This document shows positions 17,101-23,671 of a stretch of 64,000 nucleotides of DNA, piece after piece. This stretch comes from Planctomycetota bacterium (lineage in GTDB: Bacteria > Planctomycetota > Planctomycetia > Pirellulales > UBA7805), in assembly GCA_003389215.1 (NCBI GenBank), contig QQVP01000011.1:72315-136314 (forward strand), read 5' to 3'. The first letter of the stretch is position 1. Each line of letters opens with the position of its first letter. The translations under genes were made by a program, and so were the position numbers. The notes under the pieces were generated by a model. That model ran no database searches. It worked only from the letters and a program-made list of their open reading frames with translations, and was not told the DNA's origin.

Positions 17101-18350
17101 GGAGGGACGATCTCCTCAATCAGATCAAACGCCAGGTGTCTCAAACCGGCAACGTTGTGTTGTTGGAAGGTAATCGCCGAGCCGGAAAATCATCGGTGCT
17201 TTGGCACCTAGAAGGCGCAAACGGGGTGCCCGGATGGTTGGGTGTCTATTGCAGTTTGCAAGGCACGGAGGGCGATAGCTCTGGCGGCATTCCGACCGCC
17301 GAGGTTTTTCGCGGCGTCGCATACGAGATCGTTCAAAGCATTCGCAAGCTGAACGGTTCCGCGGTATTGCCTGATGGCACTCTGCTTGACGGAGAGCGAC
17401 GGCTGGGGATTGCGAGATCGTTGCGTCAGGGAATCAGCGACGAAAGTCCGTTTCAGGACTTCCGTGAGTACCTCGAACTAATTCTTGAAACGCTTGCCGA
17501 ACGACAGCTCGGCCTGTTGTTGATGCTTGATGAGTTCGACAAATTGCAGGAGGGAATCGACAAAGGCATTACCTCGCCCCAGGTACCCGAGAACATCCGG
17601 TTCCTTGTGCAGTCCTACCCGAGATTCTCCGCCATTCTCACTGGCTCGCGCCGACTAAAGCGGATGAGAGAGGAGTACTGGTCTGCATTGTTCGGGCTGG
17701 GCACGCGACTCGGCGTATCCGCGTTGCCGTTTGAAGCAGCGTCGAGACTGGTCACGGAGCCTGTCGCTGGCCGCCTGTCGTTCTCAAAATCTGCTGTCAG
17801 CCGCGCCTACGAATTGACCGCCGGGCAACCGTACCTATTGCAGTGCCTGTGTAATCGCGTTTTCGACATTGCTGCTCGAACCGGAGTCCGCTCGATCACT
17901 GTTGATCACGTCAACGATGCCGCTGATGCATTGGTTGAGGACAACGAGCATTTCGCCAGCCTTTGGGATTACACCGAGTTTGATCGGCGTCGATTCCTGC
18001 TCTATCTGCTCCATCGTGAGGAGAACGGCCCTGATCCAATGCGGCTGGGTGTGATCGAGGCGAAGCTGGAAGAAGCCGGAGTGGAGCTCCGTGAAGAAAT
18101 AGTTATCGCCGACCTTGAGTACCTGAGGGAACTTGAGCTTGTCGATCTGCACGGTGAGTCGTCGGGCGCGTGGTATTCCCTGACGATTCCCATGATGGGG
18201 CAGTGGTTGGACTCGCAGCAGGATTACGAGGTTCTTCGCAGCCGCGCGCGAGCCGAGGCGGAAGATATCAGTGGCAAACTCGGTGAGATCGCAGGCCTAC
18301 GCGGCGAAATTGAAGAACTTGAAGACTCAATGGATTCTGAAGATGACTGA
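14130..18350 (+). CDS. Fusion protein: HsdM-like N6-adenine methyltransferase + single HsdS-like TRD + Cys-rich (Zn-ribbon-like) segment + beta-rich segment + STAND/AAA-type ATPase + winged-helix-like C-terminus
   Basis: 1,406 aa with a GTG start 5 nt after the hsdS stop.
- MTase: VYDPCFGSAGLL (about 14690) and VLANPPWG (NPPWG 14964-14978).
- TRD, about 15510-16060: GDILLSKSGTIGKAGLV…FFVIRVKEG…HLSVASIKELPIALPPLQIQQR.
- Cys cluster: CPINTCKDCKHPYY…HCLECW (about 16255-16380).
- ATPase: FFGRDDLLNQIKRQV…VVLLEGNRRAGKSSVLWHL (Walker A about 17167-17195), LLLMLDEFDKL (Walker B about 17512-17540), ELTAGQPYLLQ. Confidence 0.85.
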   Translation: MADVSSHNAIWQMLDRVRANSPISGSEFGVALAALIFLRWADFEEAEREAIAAFDDVDYEPVLPAKFHWRSWCNIHDPRELEYPFRELPSALDRFSNSRHDAMATQLHRVAPAVEKLTRLPADTLAHLIHWLADQPFETPKDRRALRDVLDFVLQNTYDKFAGQFFTPIQIAALMVELAKPKSGESVYDPCFGSAGLLTAALEIAEHRDHVRLGGSTYAPGKQPLHLAGVEINQDAYVIGMTRLVLSGVNDPQIELGNSLERLPSNNPNSDGFDIVLANPPWGMKVELYGLDHYPIPIKDSSSLFLQHAISQLRPGGRGVVVVPPSLLFRSGREQQLREWLLHENTVEAVVSIPRGAFSPHTSIETCLLLFRRGGTTRSVRMVSAESIFEKSDKSQIAAAPFVLAAQLGHHVRSPEPGREWWDVDIEELAELDYDLTPKRRDRSGLELILDSLPKEAEIRLLKDCCTVTTGRNIRSSDLTQSPPRSNYEPSGQTLFPDVEQSEINPQRPFEFADTPIPYIRIRDVEKGHATRGSSWLMPAVASTIESKWKLRAGDILLSKSGTIGKAGLVRNGAVGAIAANGFFVIRVKEGTIDPHYLLAYLQSTEANAWLEDRARGTAAKHLSVASIKELPIALPPLQIQQRTADQHRKFGVDALTYLAELLTEDESDSLAAELNDWVSQNLKRVESYEGDPASQNVLELLEEVADSRCPINTCKDCKHPYYLDYSTNYIEPPTDYAKGIESHCLECWLGLEPRADHVDCFEDETPIGPWAVEFRGVTKPLAGVSSIPDPTALVSVLQRVASQLRDTAALIDGNLPNQERARLLTGRVASLINRYTQALLEDAKLAVDVISATEDHFGGIDIRLEIQNRGRVPLRDVRFSMYPPMDEVEPRAVAFMQPGHRYEIQFQGQSQRLSDEISVAEMWSDPAWTISWTARDLAGEAVEGTRDLSISLGSDETCLENEQESAGNLDSSPYVCGDPVTRERHDVFFGRDDLLNQIKRQVSQTGNVVLLEGNRRAGKSSVLWHLEGANGVPGWLGVYCSLQGTEGDSSGGIPTAEVFRGVAYEIVQSIRKLNGSAVLPDGTLLDGERRLGIARSLRQGISDESPFQDFREYLELILETLAERQLGLLLMLDEFDKLQEGIDKGITSPQVPENIRFLVQSYPRFSAILTGSRRLKRMREEYWSALFGLGTRLGVSALPFEAASRLVTEPVAGRLSFSKSAVSRAYELTAGQPYLLQCLCNRVFDIAARTGVRSITVDHVNDAADALVEDNEHFASLWDYTEFDRRRFLLYLLHREENGPDPMRLGVIEAKLEEAGVELREEIVIADLEYLRELELVDLHGESSGAWYSLTIPMMGQWLDSQQDYEVLRSRARAEAEDISGKLGEIAGLRGEIEELEDSMDSEDD

Positions 18351-19992
18351 TACTATGTTTCCAATTCGTAGCACTGACCACGTGCCAATGATCGGGCGAC
18401 AAGCCTTGCTGGATTCGATATGGGGCAAGCTGACAAAAGCATCGCCGGACAATCTTTCGATTGTTGGTCCCAAAGACATTGGCAAGACCGTCTTGCTGAA
18501 TGCTCTTGTGGAACGTGCAAAGCAGGACGACTCACCGTATTCGCTCGTCATCTATTGGCAGCTCGGCTACGCGCCACCCCAATCTGATCATGAATTCATT
18601 CAGCAGTTAAGTGATTTACTATTTGCTGCGATGGGGACGGACACAAACACTTACGCAGAGGCGAGAAGTGAAATAGAGAAAGGGCGTGAAAGCGATGCGG
18701 GTGTGTCCTTCATGCTTCTCCGCGAGATCATGGAAGACATTCAGAACTACCTTGAGAAATCGGTTCTGATGATTTGGGATGGTTTTGACAAGCCGCTCAG
18801 TCAAGCGCTGCTAACCGGTCAACTTTTTGGGAATCTTCGTGATCTATTCTATGGAAAACGCCACCGTGTCGTGACTGCAACACGGAAGACCCAAACGGAA
18901 CTGGCGAGAAATAAACAGGTTGAGGACAGTCCATTCTGGAACATGTTCGACGTCAATCCGGTCCGTGTAGGCCCCTTTGATGAGAACGACATTGAGCACG
19001 CATTGAGCAGTGCCTTGCTGACAATCAATCAAGGGGGAAGAAAAGAGCTAGCGAATTGGACTGGTGGCCACCCGGTGCTCCTGCTTTCGCTCCTGAACAC
19101 CTTAATGGCCTCGGGTGACAGCGAACTGACCAACGAGCACGTCAATGTCGCGGCTGGAAAGGTCGCGTCTGAACTGTCCGACTTTCTGGATAAGCTGTGG
19201 ACAGAGTGCACCGCTTCTGCAAAGAACGCATTTCAGTTAATCGTCGAAAATGACAGCCTGGACAAGGATCGTATCGGGAAAGAAGAGACACGCTACTTGC
19301 TCGCTCGCGGCTTCGCCGTTCGCGACGGCGCAAAGATAAAGTCCTCGTGTCGATTGTTTGAGCAGCATGTTCGTGGGGCTAAGCCCGACACCGGCACGTT
19401 GGACCGCTTGTTTGGTTCGTGGGAGGCCTATCAAAATGAAATTCGCACGCTCCTTGAGCTGCGAATGAAGCAAATACGCATTATAAATGCTCGCCTCCAC
19501 AAGTTGGTAAGTCAGTGTCTTGGCGACATCCCGGATTACCCAGATGACTGTCTCAATAATCTCACTCGAATTGAGGAATTGGCGCTCGATCTCATTTGGC
19601 AGCATGAATTTGACGGGGCACAGGCGATTCCGAACGATCTTGTGGCGTACTGGACGCAACACCCTCGCGATTCTGACAAAGTGATCAAGAAACGCATGGA
19701 AGACAATGACTGGGATCTGCCACGCGACAGGCTCAAGCAACTCGTCATTCTTCAACGGCTGACCGGCAGTGCACCGGACTTCGAGGCAAAAGCCAAATCA
19801 GTGTCGAAAGACACATATGTGCTTCTAAATGCCATTCACCAGTTCCGCAACCGGACGGAACATGCCGACGGCCAACATATACACGTGGGCGTCGCAGTCT
19901 CCGGCGTTCTTCTCTGCATTGAGCTCTTGAGCTGCCTGGAAAGAGAGTTGGGCGGGACTGCAGGCCAGATCACAACCGGAGGTACAACGTAG
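18343..19992 (+). CDS. STAND/AAA-type ATPase with C-terminal HEPN-like domain (Rx4H motif)
   Basis: I prefer the ATG at 18343 (MTDTMFPIRS…), which overlaps the upstream stop as ATGACTGA. Motifs: Walker A IVGPKDIGKTVLL (18466-18489), Walker B-like VLMIWDGFDK, TGGHPVLL. Near the C-terminus, LNAIHQFRNRTEHADG carries RNRTEH at 19846-19863. Confidence 0.8.
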   Translation: MTDTMFPIRSTDHVPMIGRQALLDSIWGKLTKASPDNLSIVGPKDIGKTVLLNALVERAKQDDSPYSLVIYWQLGYAPPQSDHEFIQQLSDLLFAAMGTDTNTYAEARSEIEKGRESDAGVSFMLLREIMEDIQNYLEKSVLMIWDGFDKPLSQALLTGQLFGNLRDLFYGKRHRVVTATRKTQTELARNKQVEDSPFWNMFDVNPVRVGPFDENDIEHALSSALLTINQGGRKELANWTGGHPVLLLSLLNTLMASGDSELTNEHVNVAAGKVASELSDFLDKLWTECTASAKNAFQLIVENDSLDKDRIGKEETRYLLARGFAVRDGAKIKSSCRLFEQHVRGAKPDTGTLDRLFGSWEAYQNEIRTLLELRMKQIRIINARLHKLVSQCLGDIPDYPDDCLNNLTRIEELALDLIWQHEFDGAQAIPNDLVAYWTQHPRDSDKVIKKRMEDNDWDLPRDRLKQLVILQRLTGSAPDFEAKAKSVSKDTYVLLNAIHQFRNRTEHADGQHIHVGVAVSGVLLCIELLSCLERELGGTAGQITTGGTT

Positions 19993-22097
19993 TGAAAGCG
20001 TCCGAAGCCAAACTTCTGGAGTTCCTCAAAAAGTCTCCACAATTCATTATCCCGATTTATCAACGAACTTACTCGTGGACGGAGCGGGAATGCCTTCAGC
20101 TTTGGGAGGACATTCTTCGAACGGGGCGAAACGAGAAGGTGTCGGCTCACTTTGTCGGCTCCATCGTTTACATCGAGAAGGGGCTTTACCAGGTGTCCAG
20201 CCAGACGCCGCTGCTGGTCATCGACGGGCAGCAGCGACTTACGACGATTGCTCTCCTTCTGGAGGCTCTCGCCCGCCACCTAGGTGACGGCGAACCCGTC
20301 GATGGGTTCTCGGCCAAAAAAATCCGCAATTACTATCTGCTTAACCCACTAGAAGATGGCGAACGCGGCTTCAAGCTCCTGCTGACTCAAACGGACAAGG
20401 CAAGCCTACTGGCGATCGTCCAGCAAAAGAATCAGCCCACTGAAAAATCGCTGCGAGTGACTGAGAACTTTGCATTGTTCGAGGAGCAACTCCAATCGAT
20501 CGGTGACGACATCGTTGCGCTCTGCAACGGCTTGGCGAAACTGATCATCGTCGACGTCTCACTTAATCGTGATCAGGACAATCCGCAGCTGATCTTCGAG
20601 AGCATGAACTCAACAGGCCGGGAACTTAGCCAGGCGGACCTGATTCGCAACTACATTTTGATGGGCCTTGAGCCAGCACATCAAACAACGCTCTATGACG
20701 ACCACTGGCGGCCCATGGAAGTTGCCTTTGGCCAGGAAGCCTACGGGAGCCATTTCGACAAGTTCATGCGTCATTACCTGACGCTCAAGACTGGAGATAT
20801 TCCGAATGTCCGTGCGGTTTATGAGGCATTCAAATCACACGCTAGATCGCCAGAAGTTGTGACAATCGGCGTGGACGGCCTAGTTGCCGACATTCACACC
20901 TTCGCTCGGCACTACTGTGCGATGGCGCTTGGACAGGAGACGGACAAATCACTTGGCGCAGCCTTTCAGGACTTGCGTGAACTCAAGGTCGATGTTGCTT
21001 ATCCGCTTTTACTTGAACTGTATCACGACTATTCCACTGGGCTGCTGTCTGTTGAAGACTTCCATTCTGCAGTGCGACTGGTCGAGGCGTATGTTTTCCG
21101 ACGCGCTATCTGCTCAATTCCCACTAATTCGCTCAACAAGACCTTCGCGAATTTCGCTCGTGTCTTGAAGAAAGATCGGTATCTCGAGAGCATTCAAGCC
21201 AACCTCTTGTTGCTTCCATCATATCGACGATTTCCGAGTGATGATGAGTTCATGAGAGAAATCAAGGTTCGCGACCTTTACAGCTTCCCGCGGCGCAGCT
21301 ACTGGCTGCGACGAATGGAAAACCACGGACGCAAAGAACGCGTGATGGTTGATGAGTACACCATCGAACACATCATGCCGCAGAACCCAAGACTATCCGC
21401 GAAATGGCAGGAGTCGCTCGGTGCGGAGTGGCAGCGGGTCCACAAGGCCTGGCTGCATACCCTCGGGAACCTCACACTCACTGGATACAACTCCGAGTAC
21501 AGTGACCGCCCTTTCACCGAGAAACGTGATATGCAGGGCGGCTTCAAGGACAGCCCACTTAAGCTGAACGAGGGACTCGGTACCCTCGACGCCTGGGACG
21601 AGGCTGCTATTCAGCAGCGGGCCAGTAAGTTGGCGGGACGAGCCGTCCAAGTTTGGCAAGCTCCGAGTCTTGGCGAGGAGGCGTTGGAAGCCTATCGCCC
21701 AAAGTCAGAGAAGCAAGCCGGGTACACGATCGAAGACCACCCGCAACTAGCCGTCGATGCGTCGATGCGTTCTTTGTTCGAGGCGTTTCGAAAGGAAGTA
21801 CTGTTGCTTGACCCTTGCGTCACCGAGGAGTTTCTGAAGCTCTATGTCGCCTACAAGGCAGAAACAAACTTTGTCGACATTGTTCCTCAAAAGAGTCGCC
21901 TTCGACTTTCGATCAACATGGAATTTCACGAGATCAACGATCCGCGAAGCGAATGCAAGGATGTGACAAACCTTGGCAGGTGGGGTAACGGCGACGTGGA
22001 AGTCAGCCTGAGTAAACTCGAAGACCTCCCCTACATCATGGGTTTGGTCAGGCAGGCGTTTGAGAAGCAGATGGGCAATGGAGACGAGAATGGTTGA
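19992..22097 (+). CDS. GmrSD-family type IV (modification-dependent) restriction enzyme: DUF262 + DUF1524, with an extra C-terminal domain
   Basis: 701 aa. GTG start shares one base with the upstream TAG (TAGTG). DUF262 motifs: IPIYQRTYSW and LLVIDGQQRLTTI. The DUF1524 His-Me-finger-like region reads YTIEHIMPQN…WLHTLGNLTLTGYNSEYSDRPF. Confidence 0.85.
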   Translation: MKASEAKLLEFLKKSPQFIIPIYQRTYSWTERECLQLWEDILRTGRNEKVSAHFVGSIVYIEKGLYQVSSQTPLLVIDGQQRLTTIALLLEALARHLGDGEPVDGFSAKKIRNYYLLNPLEDGERGFKLLLTQTDKASLLAIVQQKNQPTEKSLRVTENFALFEEQLQSIGDDIVALCNGLAKLIIVDVSLNRDQDNPQLIFESMNSTGRELSQADLIRNYILMGLEPAHQTTLYDDHWRPMEVAFGQEAYGSHFDKFMRHYLTLKTGDIPNVRAVYEAFKSHARSPEVVTIGVDGLVADIHTFARHYCAMALGQETDKSLGAAFQDLRELKVDVAYPLLLELYHDYSTGLLSVEDFHSAVRLVEAYVFRRAICSIPTNSLNKTFANFARVLKKDRYLESIQANLLLLPSYRRFPSDDEFMREIKVRDLYSFPRRSYWLRRMENHGRKERVMVDEYTIEHIMPQNPRLSAKWQESLGAEWQRVHKAWLHTLGNLTLTGYNSEYSDRPFTEKRDMQGGFKDSPLKLNEGLGTLDAWDEAAIQQRASKLAGRAVQVWQAPSLGEEALEAYRPKSEKQAGYTIEDHPQLAVDASMRSLFEAFRKEVLLLDPCVTEEFLKLYVAYKAETNFVDIVPQKSRLRLSINMEFHEINDPRSECKDVTNLGRWGNGDVEVSLSKLEDLPYIMGLVRQAFEKQMGNGDENG

Positions 22098-22240
22098 GTT
22101 CAACCTGCCCCGCGGCGTTTCCTGGACTTCGATAGCGCGGTTGCGTAAGGCCGTCATCGAATCGACGGATTTGAGCCATGCAATCCGGGTGAGGCTCTCG
22201 TGTCGCAACCCGCTCGTGCGTTTTTGATTCAGGATCAATT

Positions 22241-23668
22241 ATGGAACAACAGAAGGAGATTGTCGACGTATTCCTCTGCCATAACGGTGCGGACAAGGAT
22301 TGGGTCCGGAGACTTGGGGAACAAATCGAATCGGAAACGTTTGATGGAAAGTCCACAGGAAGGTCGTTGCGGGTCTTCTTCGACGAATGGGATATCGACG
22401 TAGGTCAGAATGTTCCCCAGCGGTTGAACATGGCATTGAAGGCAAGCCGGTACGTCGCAGTTATCATTTCTCCGGAGATGCTCGCAGCTCCCTGGCCAAC
22501 CTTTGAGTGGACGCACCTCGTTGCCGATGATCCTACCAATCGCCGAGGCAGGATCATTCCTTTGTTTTTTCGGGACTACTCGTTCACAACTGACACTTAC
22601 GCTGAGTTGCCTGCACCATTCAAGGCGTTGAATTGGATCGATTTCCGGTCGCAAAATGATTTCAAACAAAGTTTCCAGAAGCTAATCCGCAAGGTACGGG
22701 ACCTGCCCCCTGCCCGAGGAAAGCGGCGTCGCCCTATTGCTTCGGAGAGTGGAAGCGTCCCGCAACCACTTCACAAACCGTCTGACGAGTCCGCAGCGGC
22801 CCCGGACAAAGTGTCGGATTTTGTTCTAAGCAACCTGCTCCCTGTTGAGGATTATCCCAAGACTATCTGGGTGGCTCCTACCGATGCAAGAATGCCGAAG
22901 CATGTAAGGGACCAAGCTGGTGACACGTCTGCATTCGTCCTGCAGGACAAGAAGCTCTTGACGTTCTCGGATCTCACGATTGAAGGCCAACCGCTGCGTG
23001 CGGTTGTCGACCAGTCGAAAATTGAATCGAAGCCGGTTGGGGAATGGCGTGATGATCAAGTCCGTTGGCGGTGGATCGTCACGCTCTTGAACAAGTGTCT
23101 TCGGTCACACTTTGGTGGATTACCTATCCGACGAGACGCAAAAGGGCGTTACTACTTTATGCCAAAGCATGGCGAAGCTCGCCTTTGGAAGAATGGACAC
23201 GACCCTGAACGAACTGTCGCGGATCAAAAAACGAATGCGAGGGGCGACGTTTTCTGGGTCCATCACTCTGCACGTCTTGCATTTCAGACACTCGGGGATG
23301 CTATCTATCTTTGCATTGAGCCATCGTACGTCTTTACGACCGACGGTAAACAGCCTCTCGAAGGTAAATCGGTGGGACCGCTTTCAATCAAATGGGGTGG
23401 CAAGGAGCGAAACGCTGCAATCCTAAGGCACGTCGTGTTTTGGGCACGCACTCTGTCGAAGGGGGGCACCAAGATTGAGATAGAGACTGGAGGACTACCA
23501 ATAACGCTCTCGGGCATACCGGCCTTTGCGAGAACTACCTTTGGAATTGAGTTTGACCACATTGGCATTGGAACTTTGATTCAGCAGGCAGAGGACGAAC
23601 TAGCTCTAGCGGCTGAAGCAGTGTCATCATCCACTGACCGAGGCGATGAGGCAGAGGATGAGGACTGA
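22241..23668 (+). CDS. TIR-APAZ protein (SPARTA effector subunit)
   Basis: 475 aa. N-terminal TIR: VFLCHNGADKDWV…RVFFDEWDIDVGQN…YVAVIISPEMLAAPWPTFEW. A ~300-aa C-terminal region follows. The gene sits 3 nt upstream of a short pAgo gene. Confidence 0.85.
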   Translation: MEQQKEIVDVFLCHNGADKDWVRRLGEQIESETFDGKSTGRSLRVFFDEWDIDVGQNVPQRLNMALKASRYVAVIISPEMLAAPWPTFEWTHLVADDPTNRRGRIIPLFFRDYSFTTDTYAELPAPFKALNWIDFRSQNDFKQSFQKLIRKVRDLPPARGKRRRPIASESGSVPQPLHKPSDESAAAPDKVSDFVLSNLLPVEDYPKTIWVAPTDARMPKHVRDQAGDTSAFVLQDKKLLTFSDLTIEGQPLRAVVDQSKIESKPVGEWRDDQVRWRWIVTLLNKCLRSHFGGLPIRRDAKGRYYFMPKHGEARLWKNGHDPERTVADQKTNARGDVFWVHHSARLAFQTLGDAIYLCIEPSYVFTTDGKQPLEGKSVGPLSIKWGGKERNAAILRHVVFWARTLSKGGTKIEIETGGLPITLSGIPAFARTTFGIEFDHIGIGTLIQQAEDELALAAEAVSSSTDRGDEAEDED

Positions 23669-23671
23669 CCA

